This document shows positions 21,873 through 34,061 of a stretch of 34,408 nt of DNA, in pieces; the first letter of the stretch is position 1; each line of letters starts with the position of its first letter. A model generated the notes under the pieces. It saw only the letters and a program-made list of their open reading frames with translations. It made no database searches and was not told the DNA's origin. The stretch is from assembly GCF_001194135.2 (NCBI RefSeq), contig NC_068981.1:145926361-145960768 (forward strand), given 5' to 3'. This DNA comes from Octopus bimaculoides (lineage: Eukaryota). The translations under genes and the position numbers were made by a program.

Positions 21873-22491
21873 CTGTCCTCATTTAACGACCTACCTATTT
21901 AACGACCACTCGGAGTTACAACGAACTTAACGAACCGTCATTACATATTTTACAAAATATAAAAATTTAAAAACTTTGACTGTTGTATTGTGCGCTGTAC
22001 AATACGACAGGTGGAAAGGCAGACAACTGAACTTTTCCGATGTTATCGAGAAATTTATAACAAAAACAAAAAGACGATAACAAAGCAAACAACACTGACG
22101 GGATTTTTCATGCATTTTCATGTCAAGAATGAGTTGCTTTTGTAATTTTTATCCAAAGTAAAACAAAGTTATGTTTGAGTTTCCTTTAAACCTTTTCTAT
22201 ATAATCCTGAGAAAAGTTTATTAGGCATCTTATGTACTGGGCCTGGAATCACAAACATACTTACGATGTCTGAGCTACAATAATACAGTATCCATATCCT
22301 AACTTTTAAGGTTTTCCTTGTGATAATCTTATTCATTTTTCAACAATTTATGTTAGTGATTCTTGGCCCTGTACTGCATATACTTTATACAGTATGGTAT
22401 TCTGTTTTTATATGTACGTACAGTACACTATACCTATAAAAAAACCAATACATACCCTATGAATATTCGTTTAACGACAAATTTGCTTAAC
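21869..22491. mobile_element. Tigger/pogo-like non-autonomous DNA transposon, right end lost in gap
   Basis: Begins cagactgtcctcatttaacgacc within (TA)n; repeated ttaacgac motifs at both ends; the second TIR is not visible. Confidence 0.55.
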
Positions 22492-22621
22492 NNNNNNNNN
22501 NNNNNNNNNNNNNNNNNNNNNNNNNNNNNNNNNNNNNNNNNNNNNNNNNNNNNNNNNNNNNNNNNNNNNNNNNNNNNNNNNNNNNNNNNNNNNNNNNNNN
22601 NNNNNNNNNNNNNNNNNNNNN
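22492..22621. other. Assembly gap
   Basis: N run, with (AT)n on its right flank. Confidence 1.
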
Positions 22622-22722
22622 ATATATATATATATATACAAGTAATTTTTATTTGCCTGTCGTGGTACTTAAATGAGAATGAGATGTAAGGGTACAATGT
22701 TTTTGATTTGGTTGCTTTTGAT

Positions 22723-23104
22723 TCATCATCATCCTTTAATGTCCACTTTTCCATGCTTGTATGAATAAATTGGAATTGGGGGGGGGGCAGGTTTTCTATA
22801 GCTGGATACACTTCCTGCTGCTAACCCTCACCATTTTCCAAGCAAGGTAACATTTTACCGAAGATAGACATGTTTTTCACTGATAACAGGAAATGAATAA
22901 CCTCATTTGTATGACATTGGTGCTCATTTATAACCATCACGTGATGTCTAGACAAAGGTACACACCCATACACACACACACACTTATATGGTGGGCTTCT
23001 TTCAGTTTCTGTCCACTTACAAGGCTTTGATCAGCCTGGGGCTACAGTAGAAGACACTTACCCAAAGTGCTGTGTAGTAGGACTGAATCCAAGACCACAT
23101 GGTT
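22723..23104 (-). mobile_element. SINE variant A2 (family A head, RTE-like (GAT)n tail)
   Basis: Reverse-complement homologue of 3817-4165, with the complete tail. Confidence 0.8.
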
Positions 23105-24114
23105 ATTGCACCTATTTGAATGCAGGCAAAATTTCTCTCACAGGCAAGGGTTTCCCCACCCCTCTTTAAGTGAGATATTTCCCTCAATATAAAATTTGGC
23201 TTATCACTGAAAATGTCACATCTGCATTTTTACACTGAACAAACCATAGATTGAGCAAACCTACATCAAACTGTCTGAGATTTTGTTTTTTTACTGCAGT
23301 TTATTGTTTTTACTATTTCTTTTTTTTTATCAAAGCAGATGTTGGTAGTTTTTTTTTTATATTGTTATGATTGCATACAATTGTTTTTGTAACCAGTCTT
23401 TAATGAGTTTACATAATTACTTCCTTCCATATTAGTTGTCTTTTAATTAGTGCCACCTAGCACCTTATGTCAGCATTTCTGTTCTAGATTTTTATTTGAC
23501 CTAACCTTTGCTCCATTTACCAATTTATTGCGTCAGTTTTATGGACACAATTTACATCATGTCTGTAACATTTTATTCTTTGTTTTTCACCTTTTATTTT
23601 CCTGTTATTCTCTTGGGATTGTCTCTCTTGAACATTACTTCTTTATTTAAGTCTCTTTGATCCAGTCTTGCAGTTTAACCCTTTTCTGACTATGTTTATG
23701 AAATACGCTACATATCAATTTTAATTAAATTTTGAACATAATCAAGAATTTTGGAGGGTTTAGTAAAATAACTTTCCCTATTAAGCTAAAAGGCTCTTTC
23801 ATAAATTATAATGGAGTTTTTAATTAAAATATACATAATTTAAAATAAATGATTTTAGATCATAAAACCAAGCAGGTGGGTATCAGAAAGGTTAAACTAA
23901 CTGCTGGTATTTTGTTGCATTTTTTTTAATGTATATAGAGACTCCAATTAGGGCTATTGACACTAAATTGTCTTTAGTTCTTATTTAAGCATTATATTCA
24001 CTGAGTGATAGAATCTACTTTTTTTTTTTTTTTCAATAAGGTCACCTGAATATACTGCCTGCTTTGTAAAATTTCAGCATTTTAAACATAGATTTACTAT
24101 CAAGACTATAATAC

Positions 24115-24240
24115 TATTGTCTGCTACTCTTCCAGTTACATTTTGAAGGCTTTTGTTTCTGCTGATCTTGGAGGTCCTTACTACCTTAGATAGTGGAAAG
24201 GATATTAGTCTGTTAGTCTTATATGATTTGTTCCGTTCAA
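24115..24240 (+). mobile_element. Ancient CR1/L2-like RT fragment
   Basis: LLILEVLTTLDSGKDISLLVLYDLF resembles the ..ND...ALDSG...LVLLDLS.AFD motif. Confidence 0.4.
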
Positions 24241-24733
24241 ATATCTGAAGCTCCATTGGAATGCAGTATGTTTAAAGATTGTATTAGCAATGTATCCAAT
24301 GCTCAAAGTAGATACTTCTAAATATATTGAATTTGTATTTTATTAGAGTAATGGTGAAATCCTAAACAAACTTGAATTTCTTAGTTCTGAAGAATTTGTA
24401 GTTCTAGAGATTCTGAAATTAGCTGTCACATCTTTTTGATGTATATGTCATATGGAATGTAGTATTCTTATCAATTGCCATTATTAATGATGGAAAAAAA
24501 AAACAAAAAAAAAACATAGATTTTAGTAAACAAACAAATAAGGTTTCAATGTTACTTTTTCTTGTATTTATTTAGTTTATCTTTAGTTTCTGAGATCACA
24601 GATAAGGAATGTATAATTGAGACATGAACATTCATAACAGACACAATGTGGAAACATTTGGCTCAGTTGTGCTATAGCACAATTTGACAACAGGTTTATA
24701 TAATTCTGTTTTGTGGAGCAATTTATTGACATT

Positions 24734-25045
24734 GGCACGTGAAAAGACATTCGAGCGAGTTTGTTGCCAGTACCGCTGGACTGGCTCCTGTGCAGGTGGC
24801 ACGTAAAATACACCATTTCGAGCGTGGCCGTTGCCAGTACCTCCTGACTGGCCTTTGTGCCAGTGGCACGTAAAAGCACCCACTACATTCTTGGAGGGGT
24901 TGGCGTTAGGAAGGGCATCCAGCTGTAGAAACTCTGCCAAATCAGATTGGAGCCTGGTGTAGCCATCTGGTTCACCAGTCCTCAGTCAAATCATCCAACC
25001 CATGCTAGCATGGAAAGCGGACGTTAAACGATGATGATGATGATG
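24734..25045 (+). mobile_element. Young family C / RTE 3'UTR copy
   Basis: Tandem gccagt...gactggc...ggcacgtaaaa modules, then gcatggaaagcggacgttaaac(gat)n. Confidence 0.9.
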
Positions 25046-25559
25046 TTCCAGTCATACATAAATGACTTTGTAAATTATTCCCATTTGTTAAGATCCTGGG
25101 TTTTTACATCCACAAAATGGATGGCCTTACCTTAACCATTTTGGCTGTTGTGTCCTACTTTGGTTTAAAGTACATTTTATAAGAAAAGAAGGAAAAAAAA
25201 ATGTTTGAAATATATTTACTTCTTCCAGGATAATTTGAAGAGTATGCTTTAGAAGAAAAATTTTTTGTGTAATACCTGGGTAGAAATGATCACTTCAAGA
25301 AGCCCTTGCGAAATGGGAAAGCAAGATTAATTGAAAAGTTTTTTTAAAATTAATAATTCAAAGGCACCTTAGGATATGGTTTTAGTGTGTTTGTGCATGC
25401 GTGTGTATGTATATATGTGTGTGTGTGTGTGTATATATGCATACCATCATAATCATTGTTTTGATATCTACTTTTCCATGCTTGGAAGAGTTAGACAATA
25501 GCCAGTTGGTGCAGAGTTCTATAACTGGAAGCCCTTGTATGCACACAATTGATAATGAA

Positions 25560-25870
25560 TATTTCATGGTGAGGATGCATCTTCAATCAGATATTCTTGT
25601 AGTGTGGTGCAAATATGTTTGGTGTTAAGTCTATCCTGATGGAATCACAGCGGCACTGAGTTGAACATGTGATCTGTGTGGAGGAGAGTAGAATCCCCAA
25701 GGCAATGCTCTGCAGTGGGCTGAACCATTGAAGAGTGCACCCAAATCTCTACTAGAGAGATGTCATCAAATGACATTGCAGTGATGGGGTTGGTCTGATT
25801 GTGACTACAAGGGAGAAGACAGTGATTGATTGCAAACAATGGTGAAGGACTATAAAGAAAGGCGTAAATG
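25560..25870 (+). mobile_element. Degenerate RTE (BovB-like) ORF C-terminus
   Basis: QRH*VEHVICVEESRIPKAMLCSGL...RDVIK resembles QLRW.GHV.RM...RIPK.LLYGEL...KD.IK. Confidence 0.55.
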
Positions 25871-25919
25871 TTGTGTTAAATTGAATGAAATAACTGGAAG
25901 TATAAGAGAAAAGGTTAGA

Positions 25920-26160
25920 TCATCATCACAATTTAACATCCATCTTCCATGCTGGCATGAGTTGGACAGCTTGACACGATTCACTGGGTCTAAGGACTTG
26001 TGTCACATTCCAGTGTCTGCTTTGGCATGGTTTCTATGGCTGGATGTCCTTTCTAAGATCAGCCACTAACAAAGTGTATTGGGTGCTATTTTTGTGGGGC
26101 CAGTACTTGTGAGGTCCACTATGCAACTTGTAAGATTAAGATCCCCTTCAGTTGAGTGGT
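25920..26160 (-). mobile_element. Family C repeat, older variant
   Basis: catcatc..tttaacatccatcttccatgctggcatgagttggac...tggatgtccttt. Confidence 0.75.
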
Positions 26161-26483
26161 GCTAAATTAAAGGGAGGTAATTTTACATTAGGAGATGAGG
26201 AATTTAAAATATGAAAGAAGGGGTCAGAACTGAATAAGTTTCTTACTGTAGAGGTGTCACTTGACTTATAACATTATAGGAGAGTGGGTGGGGGTAACCC
26301 AGGTGAAGCTGAAGAGATAAAATAGTGATGAAGTGTCAGGGTGGACCCTGAAGGTACAAGATGAATAGAGATGAGCAGGGGTAGTAGAATATTTAGTGAG
26401 AGTGGGTAACACACAACTACAATAAAAAGATAAAATGTTCTTTTGCTACTAAGCCATACTGGATTATCAGTGACAGCTAAGTA

Positions 26484-27735
26484 TCAGGTCATTAAGAATG
26501 AAATGTCCGATTTTGAATTGAAAGTTTATCTTACTTTATCTCAACCAAAAGCAATGCAGTTAATCAAAGTATGCACTTAAATCAACACAAGTTTGCCATT
26601 TTATCGGTAGCTTATTTATGTGGGTAGCGAAGAATTCTGGAGAGCAAGAGGTGATGAAATCAGGAAAGGCTGTTTTTGCATCTTCTTCAGATTTGAAGTT
26701 TTTTCCTTGCAAAAAGTTGTCTAATGCCTGGAAAATGTAATTGTCAGTTGGTACAAGGTCTGGTGAATATAGTGGATGACAGAGTACTTCCAAGTTCTTT
26801 TCTTGTAACTTGAGTAGCGTTCTTTGTGCAACATGTGGTCGAGCATTGTCTTACAAGAAAATTGGTCTGTCTCTGTTGACCAATCTCGGTTGTTTAATTG
26901 CAAGTTAATTCATCATTTCATCCAATTAGTTGATGTATACATCCACTGTAATTGACTTACCAGGTCTCGTGAAGCAGTAGGAGATGACAGTGCCGGAACC
27001 CAAACAGACACCTTTAGTTTTTTTTGGGAAATATTCTTTTTTGGATTGTGTTGTGGTACTTCGTCTCAATCCGACCACTGTGCAGAACACTTGCTATTGT
27101 TGAAAAGAATCCATTTTTCATCACGCGTAACAATACAATGCATAAATGGTTCACTTTTATGGCGTGACAGCAAAGAACAACAAGTTTCAAGACAACATGT
27201 CATTTGATGCTCATTCAGTTTGTGTAGTACCCACCTGTCCAGCTTCTTTACCTTGCCGATTTGTTTCAGATGGTCCAATACAGTTGGAATCGAGACATCA
27301 AACCTTGCTGCTAACTCAAGTGTAATTTGAGATGTATCCACTTCCACTGCAGCTTCCAGCTCATCATTATCCACCTTGGTCTCAGGTCTACCACGGAGCT
27401 GATTTTCAAGACCGGAACCATCAATGTACAGTGCGCTCATTCACCACATCTTCACCAAACACCTCATTGATGTTTTGAGCTGTCTGGGATGCATTGGTTC
27501 TATGATGGAACTCATATTCATAAACAACACGGATTTTTGATCTATCCATGGGTTCACAAAAATTGATTTACTAGAGAAAACTCACAATATAATCAGACAC
27601 CATGAATTGCATTTCGAAAAGTGATGTAACTCTTCAATGTTGTAAAACAAAGAATTGTCAGGATAAAACATTAGAGTTAATGACTGTCAAACTTGGTGCA
27701 TAAAAATGTCAGACATTTCATTCTTAATGATCTGA
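26484..27735 (-). mobile_element. Full-length (1252 bp) dead mariner transposon
   Basis: TIRs tcaggtcattaagaatgaaatgtccga / revcomp tcagatcattaagaatgaaatgtctga, TA TSD at 26482-83 and 27736-37. Confidence 0.95.
26560..27549 (-). pseudogene. Mariner DD34D transposase pseudogene
   Basis: MDRSKIRVVYEYEF...WVLHKL...VTRDEKWI...LQDNARPH...HPLYSPDLVPTDNYIF...AYFD*, with stops and frameshifts. Confidence 0.95.
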
Positions 27736-27752
27736 TATATAGTAAAAAAACC

Positions 27753-28400
27753 TTGAGGGGATAAATTGATTACATCGACCCCAGTGTTTCACTGGTGCTT
27801 AATTTATCAACTCCGAAAGGACGAAAGGCAAAGTTGACCATGGTGGAGTTTGAACTCAGAACGTAGCATTTCAACTAGCGTACTAATGATTCTGTCAGCT
27901 CGCCACGTTATATAATAATAATAATAATTATAATTTAAAATTTTTGGCATAAGGCCAGCAATTTTGGGAGAGGGGGCTAAGTTGATTACATCGACACCAG
28001 CGCACAACTGGTTCTTGTCTTATTGACCCCTGAAAGGAATGAAAAGGCAAAGTTGACCTCGGTGGAATTTGAACTCAGAACATAAGGACACAATACTGCT
28101 AAGCATTTCGCCTGGTATGCTAACGGTTCTGTCAGCTCACCACCTATAATAATAATAATAATAATAATAATAGTAATAATAATTCTTTCTACTATAAGCA
28201 CAAGGCTTGATATTTTAGGAGAAGTGGGGAAGGCTGGTCAGTTACATCAACCCCAGCGCTCAGCCGGTACTTATTTTATCAGTGTGAAAGGATGAAAAAC
28301 AGATTTGACCTTGATGGAATTTGAACTCAGAATATAAAATTAGAAGAAATGCTACTAAGCATTTTGTCCAGCTTCCTAACAATACTACCAGCTTACTGCC
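27753..28400 (-). mobile_element. Three head-to-tail SINE family B copies (27753-27906, 27941-28144, 28182-28400)
   Basis: Each is homologous to 10531-10746; they are separated by (TAA)n. Confidence 0.85.
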
Positions 28401-28542
28401 TTAATAATCTACTATAATAATACTCGTGTTTTTCTCCATCACAGCATAAGGATGTGGAAGGAAGGGGTGATGGGAAACTGGTAGTGGGAGTGTTTCAACT
28501 CTGTGAGTATATGTGTGTGTATGTAAAAGGGAGGTGTGTGAA

Positions 28543-28580
<38 letters not shown>

Positions 28581-29362
28581 GGAAGTGAAATGGTGAACAT
28601 TCAATGGTGAAAAGAAAAATCAAACAGCGTTTCAACTTTGTGTGAGTATATGTGTATATGTGTGAGCTTGTACAAGGGAAGTATGTGAATGTTTGCATGT
28701 GTAAAGCAGTGTTCTTTCAATAACAAACGATGATTGGTCACATCTCAAAGACAACCACTAGATAACATTGACAAGCGTATTAATTTGATTTACTATCCAT
28801 ATTTATATATAAAATACTACAATTAGCTGTCATTTTTGACAACACGGGGCCAGCTAGTTATAATAATAATAATAATAATGATGATGATGATGATGATTTT
28901 TTTTAAGGCCTCTGACACAACAATTATTTTCCTCCTGTTTTTCCATACTTCTATGCTTCAGTACAGTGTTTTACTACTTTTAGCTGTTTGCCATCTCCTT
29001 TGAGAGATTCAGCCTCTTAACAGTAGCTATCACTTCATCTCATGTCATCATTGGTTTTCATATACAAAGGTTCTCTATTTACTTTATATTATTGTCATCA
29101 TTATGAATGTAATCAATAACATAATTATTGATTATTTCTAACATAAACACAAGGTCGCATACTTTTAGAGAGCAGATGCAATTAATTATACTGACCACAG
29201 CAATGTTGGGTTTCAGGTGATGGGAATTTACAATATAAAAAATTAACTAGGATATGGTTAATGTGATTAATAAAAGTAGAGAATCCTGGTTTGTTGCTTG
29301 GAATTATGTGTTACTGACAAGATATGCTTAGCAGTAAAAAACAAAACAAAAAAAAAAAAAAA

Positions 29363-29372
29363 NNNNNNNNNN
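29363..29372. other. 10-N gap inside a poly(A) run
   Basis: N run. Confidence 1.
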
Positions 29373-30286
29373 AAAAAAAAAAAAAAAAAAAATCAAATGA
29401 TTGTAAATATAGTTTTAATTATGATTATGGCTTTTGGGAGATTTACAAGTTTGTCTTGTATTGCCTGAAAATATGGTTTTCAACAGATGATAATGGATTT
29501 TTTTTCCCCCACCCAGATTTTATGCTTATATGCCTTCATAGTTTTCCCATGTAATTCAATACAATTGTACAACTAACTACCAATCTGTTATCACTTAGAA
29601 ATCAAAGAAGAAACTAATCTACTCAAGTGTTGATGTAAAAGTGTTTTGGGGTAGAGTTTTGTTGTTAGTCTTTTTATGTTTACTTAGGTTTTCATTGAAA
29701 TACTTATGTACTCAGCAAGGGGTGAAAATTATGCAGATTATAGAGTGGGGAAGGAGGAGAGAAATGAGGAAAAGACAGACTCATATCAGAAACGTTTTCA
29801 ATTCTACTAAAACTTGTTTATATAAACTGCTTTGTTTTATTTATACCCAGCATACTTTCAGAGATTGTATGTAGATGGAAGGGAAAAACGTATAAAAGTT
29901 GGCTAGTAGAATTGTAAAATATTTATTATCATTAGAATACCAGAATATTCATTCATAGCTTTACTCTGTGATTAGGGTGACTTAGTTTAAGAAGTTGTAT
30001 CATCTTGTATGAACTGAGTGAATTTTATTTTCATATTTAATTAAACATGTTTTATTTCTTGTTTGTTTCATCTTCTCATATGTAAATATGCTGGTATTTG
30101 TATCTGTTTATCTACGTATGTACACACAAAACACACGTGTTGTATATCTGCCTATATGTACAAGGTCCACCATGTAATTGAGAACAAGATATAAAGAAAA
30201 CAAAAATCTTTAAATAGAAAAAGAAAAGCAATATATTTTTGGAACAATGGTGCACATGTTCGACCAATATGTTTTAAAGAAACTGG

Positions 30287-31132
30287 TTATTCAATAAATC
30301 CACCCTCAACCTTCAGGTTACCTGTCATGTCTATGGTGGCAGCCTTTGAGTGCTTTGCTTTGTGGCACTGCCAGTTGGTCTCCCTCTCGACAATGATCAG
30401 ACAATTGTTTAAGAGTTTCAAATAAGAATAACTAGGAGATCGCATGTTGGCAGCTCATGGTTGGAAAATTACCAGCCTGCCACTCTTTGATCATGTGGGA
30501 GAAAGCAGAATTCTGCTGGAAGATGTACAGCCTTCCCTGGCCCAGCTCCTTGATCCAGTGATCTTTGTCCAGTACTTCAATGTAGGTGCTAGCATTGATC
30601 CTGAGGCCTTTTTGGGAAGAAGTGATTCATTGTGTTCGCCTCCCCCAGAAACATGAAAGATGACAGGAATTTTATGTTCATGTTCATTGCTGTGAGTAGC
30701 TCAGTGGGGTCTATGCAAAGCCAGCTCTCATTCCTCCTATTCACCTTATGGTTCTGGTTGAAGTTCTAACTGAAGAAGAACCAAAGTATGACAGCTTCCT
30801 TCAGTGTACTTCCATTAGGTCACACACTTTTCCCAAATGAATTGCCCTCCTAATTATGTATAATTTGCGCTTGATATTCTCATGCACTACATGCACCACA
30901 TGTCTCAAAGTGAACTTTAACACTATGAGCTGCTTGATGATGGCCCGCATCAAGTTTCTTATTGTTGATGATATCTGGACTTGGTGGGCAAACTCAGGAG
31001 CCCTAATGACATTTGGACCCTGAGAATCCCTGCACACGTTCAAGAAGCTGGCAATCTTTGAGACTCTATGGTTGTTAGCTTCCGCCATAAGCATTACCTT
31101 TTCATCTCTCAATCCAGACTGGAGTCTGTCAT
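30287..31132 (-). pseudogene. Degenerate Tc1/mariner (maT/DD37D-like) transposase
   Basis: FFS*NFNQNHKVNRRNESWLCIDP...GLRINASTYIEVL...YIFQQNSAFSH...IVERETN...EGGFIE*; no TIRs recognised. Confidence 0.85.
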
Positions 31133-31825
31133 GTCGATACTATTGATAAATCTGAAGAAGAAATGAGAAAGTTATAATTTGGTGTATGCTGTGTAACATT
31201 CTGTTTGATCATCATCTATTTATTGTCTGCTAACATTATGCTCACAAATACCCAGTTCTCTGTGCGTGTGTATGTGTGTGTTTATATAGATATACACACG
31301 CAACCAATATCACTTCTCACAATAGCTGTGACAACACAGTATAGTTGGGCATAGTTCATTTCAGAAAATGATTGCTAGCAGTTGTTTATCTTTCATTCAT
31401 TCCATTCAGTGTTCAGCTTTTCACAAGTTATTTTTTCAACATGGATTATTATACAGTAGACATGAGGTTGTGGTTTTTATTATTATTTTCTTCTTCATCA
31501 TTATCTTTCTCTTGCTCTGAATATTAACTTTGATTTTTGTAATCCACTTCTTTAACAATTCTTTATTAAATATTTGCTCATTACTCTCACCTGTTTGTTA
31601 TATCTTCTTCATTTTTAATGTAGTGTCGTAATCTGATGGAAAAAGAGAACAAACAAGCAAACAAATTTTTGTACATAGTTTTTGTATTTTGATATTTGTA
31701 TCTGCTGAACCATAAGATTGTTTTGAGCCCCAAAGTCAGCTTTGGCATGTTTTCATACATTCATGTTTGTTTTCATAACTTAACATTAAAGTGAAGAATT
31801 ATTCAATACTTTTTTTTTTTTGTAG

Positions 31826-31852
31826 AGGAAATATGCTTTTATAAAAATTTGG
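31826..31852 (+). CDS. Candidate 27-nt exon, host gene B
   Basis: (t)12gtag acceptor, TGG|gtgaga donor; two frames open (EICFYKNL or RKYAFIKIW). Confidence 0.5.
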
Positions 31853-32240
31853 GTGAGATTGACTACAAAGTTTGACTGTCTGATGAAGGTTAGCTAGCCT
31901 ACATTGGACACTCTGATGAGGGCTTGTAGACCAAAACTTTGAAATCACTGCTCTCTTCTCTTATAAAAGTATAACTTAATAACACACACACATACACACA
32001 CACACATACACACACACACATACCTATTTTAAAGTCACATTTTATAACTTCACAATTGATGATAATTTTGACTGGGTTCAACAGTTTGATTAATGTCGAC
32101 TTAAACACTAATGGTGTGTATAAGAGTACACAAGTCACAAGGAAAGTATCAATAGTTTCTATATCAGCAGCTGTACTCCATTATATCTCTGATAAAGATA
32201 ATGAACTGTCAACAGGCTAATCCACCCTCTTGAGTTATAG

Positions 32241-32338
32241 TTCATTTACGGAGAAATATGTGGTACGAATGTCCTGTTAACATGGTGTTTCGTAAGTTTG
32301 CAGTTGTGAGATCAGGTTCTCCCATTGACTTAGAGAAG
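32241..32338 (+). CDS. Candidate exon, host gene B (HLRRNMWYECPVNMVFRKFAVVRSGSPIDLEK); alternative donor at 32292
   Basis: The frame opens right at the ttatag acceptor; AAG|gtaaca or TTC|gtaagt donors; three CpGs retained in CpG-poor surroundings; phase-compatible with 31826-31852. Confidence 0.5.
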
Positions 32339-33033
32339 GTAACAAGATATCACTTCAATGTAATTTTCTTTTCTCAATCTTTACATAACACCCAAATCTG
32401 TAGTTATAAACTAACGATGCTACTATTGTTACTTGCTGGTACTAAAATGACTGACTGTGGGTGTATGTGTGTACATGTAGGCATGTGTTTGTGTATGTAT
32501 GAAAAATAAGCTGTATTTGAGCATATATATATATATATGTATGTTTATGCATATGAATGCGCGCGCACACACACACACACACACGTTTCTAAGAGATTGT
32601 CATTATAATTACCATCATCATTGTCAGGACTGAACGCAAAATTTAATTAAATGTTTAAATGCCTCAATTAAGATTAAAATCGTTCAGATTATTAGCTTCA
32701 ACTCTGAAAATGAAATATTTTAAAAATATACAGTCAATGTATTTTGATTGAGTTGATCTACATTAGTCATCAGATGTTTTATTCCTGAATGTATACATAA
32801 CACCTACTTGGATTTAATCTAGTATCATTTACATTTGTATATATATATCCAGGAATTAAACAACTGGTAGTGATTAGAGATCAAACTGCTGGAAACATGC
32901 TGCAGTTACAATTGTTGTTAATATACATTTTAACTATAATTTTAATAGAAAAATTTTGTTATTTATAAATTGCTTAAGATAGGTATTTAAACATCTTGCT
33001 TTCAATATCAATAATGAAGATGATGATGATGAT

Positions 33034-33310
33034 CATCCTCATCGTTTAACATCCGCTTTCCATGCTAGCATGGGTTGGACGATTTGACTGAGGACTGGTG
33101 GAACCCGAAGGCTACACCAGGCTCCAATCTGATTTGGCAGAGTTTCTACAGCTGGATGCCCTTCCTAACACCAACCACTCCGAGAATGTAGTAGGTGCTT
33201 TTACGTGTCACCCGCACGAAGGCCAGTCAGGCGATACTGGCAACGGCCACGCTCAAAATGGTGTATTTTATGTGCCACCCGCACAAGAGCCAGTCCAGGG
33301 GCACTGGCAA
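33034..33310 (-). mobile_element. Young family C / RTE 3'UTR copy
   Basis: Reverse complement aligns at roughly 90% by eye to 24764-25045. Confidence 0.9.
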
Positions 33311-33333
33311 GTCTCCTACAGATGTCAATACAT

Positions 33334-33366
<33 letters not shown>
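33334..33366. repeat. (CA)n microsatellite
   Basis: Directly visible; one of many (CA/TG)n, (TA)n, (GAT)n and (TAA)n tracts in the window. Confidence 0.95.
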
Positions 33367-33368
<2 letters not shown>

Positions 33369-34024
33369 GTATAGTGTATATTCCTTCTCTCTTTCCATGA
33401 CTTATGCATTAATCAGTACATAAAAAGATTAAGATTTTAAAATCTGATTTGTAAAACATTTTTTAAAAACTAAGTATTTCTCAGGAGCAGAATGAGTTCC
33501 TTCATTCAAATGGTTTGAGTGTCTAAGTTGAAGCAATTGAGTGCCCCATATGTTGGGCAACTAGGTACTAATAAGCTCTGCAAAGAGATAATCAACTTGG
33601 AGCTACTGACCAAATCTGCGATTGTAATTGAAAGCCATCTTTTATGTGGTAGGCCTAACATTCCATGTGGTCTAACACCACTACTTGGATCTTGTGTAAA
33701 AGTTCATGAAGTTGTAAGCATTTGATCCACACCATTTGGTTCCCTCCCTGCTGGTATTAACTTGCTGATGTTCCAAATGAGCATCGATCGTAGCAATCTG
33801 GAAAGGGCTACAAAATGATGGTCACTGACTTTCTTATCTTGCAAACTAAAGAATATGAAAATAACAATACATAAATGAATAAATAAATAAAAGCAGAGCA
33901 TTATGGTAGAAGATAAACTGAAAAGAAGGGATTTGGAAACTATTCCTAGAAGCTAAGTAGAAATGTAGAAGACAGTATTAGTGTTATATAGTAAGGATCA
34001 AGTAAAGAATACGAGTGTTTCAAA

Positions 34025-34061
<37 letters not shown>

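Noticed and set aside
6821-22811. Long ORFs of 108-313 aa in the track spanning the N-gaps
   Set aside because: They consist of X runs plus (TA/CA)n-derived IY/TH/VC residues and are artefacts.
24136-24265. Strong acceptor and donor suggesting a host exon
   Set aside because: All frames have stops, and the sequence is better explained as a CR1/L2 RT remnant.
24760-24870. Regularly repeated gccagt...gactggc...ggcacgtaaaa units (CRISPR-like look)
   Set aside because: These are internal modules of the RTE 3'UTR, found at multiple dispersed loci, with no unique spacers or cas genes.
31880-31940. Two CTGATGA motifs with short stems resembling hammerhead ribozyme cores
   Set aside because: The required GAAA is AAAA in one and absent in the other, and no stem I/III or NUH site was found. 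At best this is a dead Penelope-type relic; an Infernal search would settle it.
33704-33901. Minus-strand ORF behind a poly-pyrimidine tract
   Set aside because: No recognisable product or strong donor; it may be the 3'UTR of the + strand gene (AATAAA near 33880).
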